This document shows positions 1-8,465 of a stretch of DNA of 64,000 bases, one piece after another. The first letter of the stretch is position 1; each line of letters begins with the position of its first letter. The translations under genes were made by a program, and so were the position numbers. The stretch lies in contig CAWAAX010000026.1 of assembly GCA_963780225.1 (NCBI GenBank), forward strand, positions 160,001-224,000, read 5' to 3'. The DNA is from an uncultured bacterium. Lineage in GTDB: Bacteria; Edwardsbacteria; AC1; EtOH8. The notes under the pieces are model-generated. The model was not told the origin of the DNA. It saw only the letters and a program-made list of their open reading frames with translations, and made no database searches.

Positions 1-2
1 TC

Positions 3-467
3 AGCGGCCAAAGCGAAAAGGATGAGCCGGGTTGCATCTTCTGCCTGAAGCCCAAACAGAAGAAGGACCAGGCCAATTACATCCTGCACCGGGGCAAAAA
101 GGCCTTTGTGATGATGAACCTTTATCCCTATACCAACGGCCATCTGATGATCGCGCCCTACCGGCATGTCGGCGATTTTACAAAATTGACCGAGTCCGAA
201 CTGCTGGAGATGATGAAGCTGTCGCAGCTCTGCCAGAAGATAATGCAAAAGACCATGCGGCCGGAAGGGTTCAACCTGGGTTTCAACCTGGGGAGGACGG
301 CCGGGGCCGGGATCGCGGACCATGTCCACCTGCACTTAGTGCCGCGCTGGAACGGGGACACCAACTTCATGCCGGTGATCTCAGGCGCCAAGATCATCTC
401 CGAGGGGCTGGAGGAGACATATGCCAAGCTGGAAGATGCTCTGGATAAAATTATGGGACACGGATAA
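3..467 (+). CDS. HIT family hydrolase, 5' partial
   Basis: Frame is open from the window edge. It carries GCIFC, NLYPYTNGH and the HVHLHLVPR histidine triad. Confidence 0.93.
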   Translation, partial: SGQSEKDEPGCIFCLKPKQKKDQANYILHRGKKAFVMMNLYPYTNGHLMIAPYRHVGDFTKLTESELLEMMKLSQLCQKIMQKTMRPEGFNLGFNLGRTAGAGIADHVHLHLVPRWNGDTNFMPVISGAKIISEGLEETYAKLEDALDKIMGHG

Positions 468-526
468 ACACGGATTTCATTTTGCAACGGTTCAAAACAA
501 AAAGATATTACCTGTAAAAAGATGAA

Positions 527-957
527 ATGAAAAACCTGTCAATATCCTTATTGCTGTTATCCTCTCGTTGGCCGGGTGCCGGGAGCAGCCCCAGTGGATG
601 AAGATCCTCCAAGCCGGGGACAGGTCCATGGTATCCTATCACCAGCCTGCGGTCCAGTTTTCAACGGCCAAACCGGACAAAGAGCAATCCCGGCTGATCG
701 AGCAGGCAAAAAGATATTTTGCCGGGCATCCCGGACTGCTGGCCGAGATCGCTTCCGGGCTTAAGCGCCGGGAAAGGGACATCATAGATGATCTGGAGCC
801 GGGAGCGGTCCTGGCCGATGATCAGGGAAACCTGGCCATAACTTATTTCGGCCGGTATGAAAGCCCCCAGATCATGGCCGGGGTGAGGGTGCTGTTTCTG
901 TTTAACCGGGAAAAAGATCTATCCAAAATATTCGTTTACGAAGTGCCGTTGGAATGA
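527..957 (+). CDS. Putative lipoprotein, frameshifted in its signal peptide
   Basis: ATG527 gives MKNLSISLLLLS. The lipobox LAGC and the body are in another frame (ORF 568-957). One extra C near 561 would join them. Confidence 0.6.
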
Positions 958-2019
958 AGACGCCAGAGAACAAGACAGTGGCGGTGGCCATGTCCGGCGG
1001 GGTGGACAGCAGCCTGGCGGCGGCCCTGCTGACAAAGAAGGGGTACCGGGTGATTGGCCTGACCATGCGCCTGTTCTGCTATGAGGGAATAGACAACGAG
1101 AAGAACTGCTGTTCCTTAAAGTCCATCGAGGCAGCCAGGCAGGCTGCCCAGCGTTTCGGCTTCCCCCATTACGTGGTGGACTGCGAACCGGAGTTCAAGT
1201 TTTCGGTCATCGATTATTTTGTGGAACAGTACCGGCAGGGCCGGACCCCCAATCCCTGCGTGGCCTGCAACCAGAAGATCAAATTCGGCCTGCTGCTGAA
1301 CAAGGCCAAAGGTTTGGGCTGCGATCTGCTGGCCACCGGGCATTACGCCAGGATCAGATCCGTCAAGGGACAGCCAGTGCTGGCCCGGGGAAAGGACGCC
1401 AAAAAGGACCAGTCGTATTTCCTGTGGACCCTTAACCGGCAACAGCTGGGCTCGGTCATTTTCCCTCTGGGCGGGCTGGACAAACAGAAGGTCCGGGAAC
1501 TGGCCGCAGGCTACGGCCTGGAGTCGGCCAAACGGCCGGAGAGCCAGGAGATCTGCTTCATTCCCGAGGGCAAATACTCCGAATTCATGAAAAAGGCGAT
1601 CGGCTCCCGTCCCGGCACGATAGTCAACAAGCAGGGGCAGGTCTTGGGACAGCACCAGGGCATAGCCAACTACACCATAGGCCAGCGGGGAGGCTTAGGT
1701 ATAGCCTTGGGAAGGCCCCAGTATGTGGTCTCGATAGACGCCGCCCAGAACAGGATCACTGGTGGGCGAGGATGCGGAACTGATGACCGGCAGATTATTG
1801 GCTTCGGATGTAAACTGGATAGTTCCCAAGCCCCAAAGGGCCGTCAAGGCGATGGTCAAGATCCGTCACCAGCACGCAGGAGCTGAGGCTGTGGTAAACC
1901 CGCTGGACGGCAAGATGACCGAAGTGATTTTCAAAAGCCCGCAGAGGGCCGTCACGCCGGGGCAGTCAGTGGTGTTCTACAAAGGAGACCTGGTGCTGGG
2001 CGGGGGAGTGATAGAGTAA
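954..2019 (+). CDS. mnmA: tRNA 2-thiouridylase MnmA, frameshifted near 1760
   Basis: SGGVDS, TPNPC, ATGHYA, KDQSYFL and YTIGQR lie in ORF 954-1886. The C-terminal TPGQSVVFY..LGGGVI lies in ORF 1762-2019. Confidence 0.93.
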
Positions 2020-2049
2020 AGAACATCCAGCGGCACTAAAAGGAGAGTT

Positions 2050-3087
2050 ATGTTCAAACCAAAATATTTCTATACCGATAGTATCGTCAACTCTCTAACC
2101 TTGATCGCCGAGGCCCGGGCGATCATTTTGAATGCTCCCCTGGTGCCCAAGTGGGAAGTGTCATTGCGCCGGGATGCTCTGATCCACAGCGCCCATGCCT
2201 CCACCGCCATCGAGGGCAATCAACTGACCTTGGAAGAGGTCAGCGCCCTGGCCCAGGGCCGGGACATCATGGTAAAGCGAAAAGACAAGCAGGAAGTGAT
2301 AAATTACCTGAAGGCTTTGGAAGAGATTCCCAGGAATTCCCAAAAGACCGCCCTGGGCCTTCCCGGCCTTCTAAAAATGCACAAAACGGTCACTGCCGGG
2401 ACATTGGATGACCCCAAGGACGAAGGCGCGTTCAGAACCTGCCGGGTGGCGGTGGTGAACAAGGCCACCGGCCAGATCGTTTTCGAGCCCCCGGCGGTTA
2501 AAATGGTAAAGCCCTTGGCGGTAGATCTCTTAAAGTGGTTTGGTTCGCCTGTGGCCCTAAAAATAGACCCGGTGCTGCAAGCCGGCATAGCCCATTACGA
2601 GTTGGTGAGGATCCATCCCTTTGTTGACGGCAACGGCCGCACCGCCAGGGTTTTGGCTTCGCTGGCGCTCTACAAACGGGGCTTTGACGTTAAACGGTTC
2701 TTTGCCCTGGACGATTACTACGACCACGACCGTCCGGCCTATTACCGCGCCCTAAAAAGCGTGGACAAGAATACTCTGGACCTTACCGGTTGGCTGGAGT
2801 ACTTTACCGGCGGCGTGGCGGTCAGCATCAAAGCGGTCAAAGATAAGGTAATTGGGCTAAGCCGGGATGTGAAAATCCTTAAAGACAAGGGCCAGGTTGC
2901 CCTAAGCGCCCGGCAGATGAAAATCGTGGAGCATGTTTTGGGAAAAGGGCAGATTACCAACCGGGAATTGCGCGCGATGCTGAACATATCAGACCGGGCG
3001 ACATTGGATGAACTGCGAAAACTGGCAGCGATAGGCGTGATAAAACCGCAGGGTAAGGGGCGCAGCCTACGATATGTTCTGGCTTAA
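2050..3087 (+). CDS. Fic family protein with C-terminal HTH
   Basis: HPFVDGNGRTAR Fic motif, STAIEGN motif and a C-terminal winged-HTH-like segment. Confidence 0.92.
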   Translation: MFKPKYFYTDSIVNSLTLIAEARAIILNAPLVPKWEVSLRRDALIHSAHASTAIEGNQLTLEEVSALAQGRDIMVKRKDKQEVINYLKALEEIPRNSQKTALGLPGLLKMHKTVTAGTLDDPKDEGAFRTCRVAVVNKATGQIVFEPPAVKMVKPLAVDLLKWFGSPVALKIDPVLQAGIAHYELVRIHPFVDGNGRTARVLASLALYKRGFDVKRFFALDDYYDHDRPAYYRALKSVDKNTLDLTGWLEYFTGGVAVSIKAVKDKVIGLSRDVKILKDKGQVALSARQMKIVEHVLGKGQITNRELRAMLNISDRATLDELRKLAAIGVIKPQGKGRSLRYVLA

Positions 3088-3089
3088 GA

Positions 3090-3124
3090 CTTCGGGATTA
3101 GCTTCGGGATTAGCTTCGGGATTA
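3090..3124. repeat. 12-bp tandem repeat CTTCGGGATTAG x3
   Basis: Read directly after the Fic stop codon. The third copy lacks its last base. Confidence 0.9.
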
Positions 3125-3190
3125 ATTTTCAGGCTTTAGCCAACAAAAAACAATCAAAACCACATAATCCCTGGAAATCGGAGAAATAAA

Positions 3191-5735
3191 ATGCCCAAAT
3201 TCTTAAAAGTCATCCTGATCATCACGGCCGTGCTGGTGGTCGTCTTCGTGGCCGCCGGGATAACCCTTAAAATGATCTTCACCCCGGAAAAACTGCGGAT
3301 CCTGATCATGCCCAAGATAGAGGAGGCGGTGGGGCGCAAGGTCACGGTCAATAAATTCTCGCTGAAGGTCTGGACCGGGCTGGGGGTGGAACTGGAGGGC
3401 ATTGAACTGGCCAACGCCAAGAGCTTCGCCGAAAAACCGATGGTGAAGGTGGAATCGATCGTGCTTAAGGTCAACCTGCTGGGCCTGCTGAAACGGCAGC
3501 TGGTGATCTCCAGCCTGGTGGTGGACAAGCCCGAGATAATGATAGAGAAGGACATCAAGGGCGTCTTCAACTTCGACGACCTGATCAAGCCGGTGCCGGC
3601 CGGCCAGAAGACGGCCCCGCCGCCCTCGTCCTCGCCGGTGTCGCTGGCCATGCAGTCCTTTAGGATCAAAGACGGCCGGTTCGAGTTGGATGACAAACAG
3701 GGCAAGGTCAAGGCCGTGGCCTCCGGTATCAACGAGGAGCTGAGCTTGTCGGCCGACCTGAAGCTGGAGAACATCCGGACCAAGGGGACCATCAAGGTGG
3801 CCGACATCACGGCCGAGGTGCCGGGCCTCAAGGTCAGCAAGATCTACGTCAACGTCAGCCACGACATCTCGGTCAACCTGCCCGGGAAGCTCATCACCAT
3901 CAACGACATCACCGTGGCCCCGCAGGGCCTGGCCCTGTCGCTGGGCGGCACCGTGGCCAACTTCGACAGCCTGCCGGTGCTGGACCTGGCGCTTAAGACC
4001 ACCGCCATCGAGATCAAACAGATCATCAACGCCCTGCCGCCGGAGATCAAGGCCCAGGCCAAGGACGTCACCGCCACCGGGAAGATAGAGCTGGGCTTGA
4101 AGATCACCGGGCAGATAGATCCCAAGGACCCAAAATCCCTGCCCAAGGTCGACGGCTCGGTGGTTCTTAAGAACATCGGTATCAAGTACGCCATGCTGCC
4201 CAAGTCGGTCTCCGACGTCAACGGCCAGATCGCCTTCAGCGAGAAGGACCTGAACATCAAAAACATCTCGGCCAAGCTGGGCACGGCCGGATTCGCCCTT
4301 TCCTGCCTGGTGCAGGATTTTGAGAACCCCTATGTCAAGGCCGCCTTCAAGGGCAATTTTGACCTGGGCGAGGTCAAGGACTACGTGCCGCTGGAGGCCG
4401 GGATGAGCATGTCGGGAAAGATCGACGCCGATTTCAAGGCCGAGGGAAAGGTCAGGGATGTCAACAGCTTTAAGATGGACGGCCGGATAGATCTTAAAAG
4501 CCTGAACTTCGCCACCGCGGCCCTGCTGAAGCCGGTCAGCGACATGAACGGCACGGTGCAGTTGACCAAGAACCTGATCAACATCCCGGACATCTCCTGC
4601 AAGATCGGAAAGTCCTCCATGTCCTTCACCGCGCAGGTCAAGAATTTCTTAAGCCTGGTGCCGGAACAGCCGGCCCCCAAAAAAGGCCAGGCCCCGGCGA
4701 TGGCATTGCCCAAATCCGCCAAGGCGGACAAGGCGGTGATCACCTTCGCTCTGAATTCTCCGTTGCTAGACCTGGATGAGATCCTGCCGCCGCTACCGAA
4801 GACCCGGCGAAAAATCCACAAACACCAAATCCCAAACACCGCCCCCGCAGATGCTGCCCCTGCCAGACATGCTGATGGACGGCAAGGTGCGGATAGCCAA
4901 GATCAAGTTTCTGAAGATGGACTTCGACAACCTGACCGGCACACTGACCATGGCCAATCGCAAGCTTAACCTGGACGGACAGGTCAACGTTTATTCCGGC
5001 AGGGTGCTGGGTTCGGTCTGGGCCGATCTCAACGACCTCACCAAGATCGAATACCGGCTGGGGGCCAATGCCGAAAAGCTGGAGGCCAACGACTTTTTGA
5101 CGGCCCTGACTCCCCTGGACAACCGGATGTACGCCAAGATGGACGTCAAGGGCGACTTTACCGGGCTGGCCCCGGACAGCGCCCTGATCATGAAGACACT
5201 GAAGGGCCAGGGCCGGGCCAGCACCGGCGAGGGCAAGATCACCAACTGGCCGATGCTGGGCGACATTCTCAGCTACTGCAAGCTGAGCGAGACCCGGGAG
5301 GTCGGCTTCCGCTCGCTTTCCATGGGTTTCCGGATCGCGGACGAGAAGATCTATTTAGACGACCTGCAGATGGCCAGCAAGTTCGGGGATGTGAACATCG
5401 CCGGTTATTCCAGCTTCCTGGGGTACGTGGATTACCGGGTATCCATAACATTGACCAAGGAGGAATCGGACAAGGTCAAGGGCAAGGGAGGCAACGTGGC
5501 CGCGCTCTTTACCAACAAGGAGGGCCGGGTGGTGCTGGACCTGCTGGTAAAGGGGCAGTCGCCCAAGCCGGGCATAGGGGTGGACACCCAGATGGCCCAG
5601 GCCAGGCTGAAAGGCAAGGCCCAGGAAGAGATCGACAAGGCCAAGCAGCAGGCCGCAGAAGCGGCCAAGAAACAGGCGGAGGAGCTGAAGAAGAAGGCGG
5701 CGGAAGAGGCCAAGAAGCTGTTCAAGTGGAAGTAG
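3191..5735 (+). CDS. AsmA family protein, frameshifted near 4800
   Basis: N-terminal anchor and AsmA-like beta-rich body (ORF 3191-4969) continue in ORF 4776-5735. Confidence 0.8.
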
Positions 5736-5864
5736 GATATTGCTTATCCGCAGATTTCGCAGATTATCACAGATTGAAATTTCAGCTTGTGTGCCATGAA
5801 AATCCTCTACGTTAAGAGGGAATATCAGGGTAACGCAAATGTAGCAAATGATTCTTGTAAAAAT

Positions 5865-5892
5865 AAAAGCCCGGCGTTAAGCCGGGCTTTTT
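5865..5892. terminator. Bidirectional intrinsic terminator
   Basis: AAAAGCCCGGC-GTTAA-GCCGGGCTTTTT between the converging AsmA gene and tRNA-Glu. Confidence 0.85.
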
Positions 5893-6144
5893 CATTTCCA
5901 AGAACCTGAAAGCATAATCTAGAGAGGAATAAATCCCAGCTGAAAGACAAAATGTAGACAAAAATCGTCGGGATTGTATGAACAAACATGAAACCGCTAC
6001 AACCACGTTACAGCAGGCTACTGTTATATGCGAATGCAAACATGGTGGGGAAAACTCGCAATCGTAATCATGTAAATCCTGTCTAAAGAAAACCCTAACT
6101 TTGCCAGGAACGAAAAATCGTCGGCGGGGTTCTCTTAACAAACA

Positions 6145-6220
6145 TGGTAGCGCTACGGGGAATCGAACCCCGGTTTGATGGCTGAGAACCATCCGTCCTA
6201 GGCCACTAGACGATAGCGCC
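6145..6220 (-). tRNA. tRNA-Glu (CTC)
   Basis: Reverse complement reads GGCGCTATCGTCTAGTGGCCTAGGACGGATGGTTCTCAGCCATCAAACCGGGGTTCGATTCCCCGTAGCGCTACCA: cloverleaf, CTC anticodon, encoded CCA. Confidence 0.97.
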
Positions 6221-6233
6221 GTCTAAGACCTAT

Positions 6234-6262
6234 ATTTTATAACATTATGCCCCAAAAGTCAA
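6234..6262 (-). promoter_or_regulatory. Sigma70-type promoter of tRNA-Glu
   Basis: TTGACT-N17-TAAAAT on the minus strand. Confidence 0.7.
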
Positions 6263-6277
6263 GCCACTCTTTTGCCC

Positions 6278-6306
6278 TTGTATTTGCAGCCGTTTGGGTG
6301 TATAAT
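6278..6306 (+). promoter_or_regulatory. Sigma70-type promoter
   Basis: TTGTAT-N17-TATAAT, divergent from the tRNA-Glu promoter. Confidence 0.6.
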
Positions 6307-6383
6307 TACCTTAAGACGGCGGCCATTCAACCAAGAAAAAGCCGCGAATGTCCATAATCCACAAATTAGGGAATACCCAAGAG

Positions 6384-6821
6384 ATGATGAAGACTTTTAA
6401 CCGGGACAGTAAATTCGGCAAGAAGCCTTTCGGCCGGCCGGACAGAAAAGGTCCCAGCGGAGGCGGCTTCAGCCGGCCTTCCGGCGGACGTCCCGCCTTT
6501 GACAAGCAGATGCACCCGGCGGTCTGCGACGAATGCGGCACCAACTGCGAAGTGCCCTTTAAGCCCACCGGGGGAAAGCCGATCTACTGCCGCGACTGCT
6601 TCCGCAAGATGGAAGGCCAGGAAGAACGGGCCCCCAGCCGCCCCGGCCAGTTCCGCCCGGGCAGGTTCTCCGGACCCTCCCGTCCCGACAGCTTCCGCCG
6701 GCCCGAAGCGGCCGCCGGAGCCAGCCCGGAGCAGTTCCGGAAAGAGCTGGACCAGATAAATGTCAAGCTGGACCAGATATTGAAGGCCCTGGAAGGCATT
6801 GAAGTAGAGGACGAGGAATAA
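6384..6821 (+). CDS. CxxC-x17-CxxC domain protein
   Basis: AVCDECG..CEVPFKPTGGKPIYCRDCF motif with RG-rich flanks. Start codon uncertain. Confidence 0.88.
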   Translation: MMKTFNRDSKFGKKPFGRPDRKGPSGGGFSRPSGGRPAFDKQMHPAVCDECGTNCEVPFKPTGGKPIYCRDCFRKMEGQEERAPSRPGQFRPGRFSGPSRPDSFRRPEAAAGASPEQFRKELDQINVKLDQILKALEGIEVEDEE

Positions 6822-6832
6822 ACGAACCCTGG

Positions 6833-6868
6833 AAAAAGCGACCGCGGCGAAAGCCACGGCCGCTTTTT
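6833..6868 (+). terminator. Intrinsic terminator
   Basis: GC-rich hairpin followed by a T tract. Confidence 0.7.
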
Positions 6869-6931
6869 GCTTGTCGCTTTAACTTGTATGGAACTGCTAT
6901 CATATAACCTTAACTTTGTGGAGAACATATC

Positions 6932-7399
6932 ATGCTGAAAGAGTTCAAAGAGTTCATCCTGCGGGGCAACGTGCTGGACCTGGCCGTGGCGGTGGTCATC
7001 GGCGCGGCTTTTGGAAAGATCGTCTCATCGCTGGTGGCCGACGTGCTGATGCCGCCCATCGGCCGGCTGGCCGGAAAGCTGGACTTCAGCAGCATCGTGA
7101 TCCCTCTGGCCAAGCCCGAGGGGATGGACCTCACCAAGCTCACTCTGAAGGCGGCCACCGATATGGGCCTGCCGGTGATCAGGATCGGAATGTTCCTTAA
7201 CAACGTGATAGATTTTCTGATCGTGGCCTTCGTCATCTTCCTGGTGATCAAGCTGGTCAACCGGCTGCAGCGCAAAAAGGAAGCGCCGCCGGCCGTGCCC
7301 ACCACCAGGGAATGCCCGTTCTGCGTGTCCGCCATCAGCCTCAAGGCCGTCAAATGCCCGAATTGCACCTCGGACCTGCCGGCTGTCAACGCTAAATGA
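6932..7399 (+). CDS. mscL: Large-conductance mechanosensitive channel with C-terminal Zn ribbon
   Basis: [29 protein letters not shown]-terminus and CPFC..CPNC tail. Confidence 0.96.
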   Translation: MLKEFKEFILRGNVLDLAVAVVIGAAFGKIVSSLVADVLMPPIGRLAGKLDFSSIVIPLAKPEGMDLTKLTLKAATDMGLPVIRIGMFLNNVIDFLIVAFVIFLVIKLVNRLQRKKEAPPAVPTTRECPFCVSAISLKAVKCPNCTSDLPAVNAK

Positions 7400-7452
7400 A
7401 CTTAGTATTTTTAACCACTTTGCGAAAACTTAACAGGTTTGCCTTAAAGCGG

Positions 7453-7482
7453 TTGACAAAAGAGGTTTTTTTAGGTTATAAT
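7453..7482 (+). promoter_or_regulatory. Consensus sigma70 promoter upstream of the tRNA-Gln/GIY-YIG locus
   Basis: TTGACA-N18-TATAAT. Confidence 0.85.
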
Positions 7483-7550
7483 TAAAAGATATCAGGGGCT
7501 GAAAGGTTTGATGTCCCTGATGCTGTTTTTAAGAAGCGACTAATTTTCAC

Positions 7551-7690
7551 TGGGGGATCGTCCAACGGCAGGACACATGGCTCTGGACCATGGTATCGGG
7601 GTTCTCCGCCTGATGTCCGGCAGGAAAGCCCGGCGGCGGCGGACCCGCCGCGTATCAGGTCTTATATAATGCCTTAGGCGGGGAATCCCC
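7551..7690 (+). pseudogene. Disrupted tRNA-Gln copy with a 78-bp T-loop insertion and no 3' acceptor strand
   Basis: 7551-7604 is identical to 7942-7995. Insertion 7605-7682 is followed by GAATCCCC. Confidence 0.9.
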
Positions 7691-7695
7691 ACCCT

Positions 7696-7938
7696 ATGCC
7701 ATATTACGTATATGTGATAAAAAGCATAAGCAAGGGCACCCAGTACGTTGGCTCTACTTCTGATGTGCACAAGAGGGTAGCCGACCATAACGCCGGACGA
7801 AGTAGTTTTACCAAGGGACACCGCCCCTGGATGTTAGTACACCAAGAATCATTTACAACCAAGGCCGAAGCCTTGCAAAGAGAAAGATATTTAAAATCAG
7901 GAAAAGGCCGGGAAATACTCAAGAAAACAATTAAATAA
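7696..7938 (+). CDS. Small GIY-YIG nuclease family protein
   Basis: YYVYVI..YVGST..RVADHN..FTKGHRPW..EALQRERYLKSGKGR. Confidence 0.93.
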   Translation: MPYYVYVIKSISKGTQYVGSTSDVHKRVADHNAGRSSFTKGHRPWMLVHQESFTTKAEALQRERYLKSGKGREILKKTIK

Positions 7939-7941
7939 CAC

Positions 7942-8015
7942 TGGGGGATCGTCCAACGGCAGGACACATGGCTCTGGACCATGGTATCGGGGTTCGAATC
8001 CCTGTCCCCCAGCCA
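7942..8015 (+). tRNA. tRNA-Gln (CTG)
   Basis: TGGGGGA/TCCCCCA acceptor stem, CATGG-CTCTGGA-CCATG anticodon arm, GTTCGAATCC T-loop, encoded CCA. Confidence 0.97.
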
Positions 8016-8016
8016 T

Positions 8017-8048
8017 AAAAAGGCTGCGGATTTAACCGCAGTCTTTTT
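8017..8048 (+). terminator. Terminator after tRNA-Gln
   Basis: AAAAAGGCTGCGG..CCGCAGTCTTTTT. Confidence 0.8.
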
Positions 8049-8066
8049 GCTTTGCCCGGAAAATAG

Positions 8067-8430
8067 CCCCGATACCATTTTTATAATGGCGGGGTTCTCC
8101 GCCTGATGCTCCCTGCCGATGCCGCGCGGCGGCGGATGCGCCTCTGGCGCAGAATCCCTGTCCCCCAGCCATAAAAAAGACTGAAGTGTTTTTACTTCAG
8201 TCTTTTGTTTTTATGAGAACCCCGATACCGCAAAATGGTAGGGTTCTCCGCCTAATATTTATAGAAGTGCCTATAGCGGCGGTCGACCCGCCGCACTAAA
8301 TGATTTTTATGATCATCGAGGCAGGGGAATCCCCTGTCCGCCGAAGTTTGCACATATTGCTATCACAACGCAGGCGGGCTATCCCCCAGCTAACGATAAA
8401 GGACCGAAGCTTTTGCTCCGGTCCTTTTTA
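8067..8430 (+). repeat. Two further tRNA-Gln 3'-end copies, each with T-loop insertions and its own terminator
   Basis: GGGGTTC[8098-8151]GAATCCCTGTCCCCCAGCCA plus hairpin 8173-8206. GGGTTC[8247-8326]GAATCCCCTG[8337-8377]..TCCCCCAGC plus hairpin 8398-8429. Confidence 0.88.
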
Positions 8431-8465
8431 ATTTTCCTATTTCCCAGCCTTATGTCCGAAGGGCG

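Noticed and set aside
7605..7941. Group I intron with homing endonuclease in tRNA-Gln
   Set aside because: No recognisable group I core. The site is in the T-loop, and the downstream copy is a complete tRNA rather than a 3' exon.
7605..8377. CRISPR array
   Set aside because: There are no identical direct repeats at a regular period and no cas genes. The units alternate in orientation and sit inside tRNA fragments.
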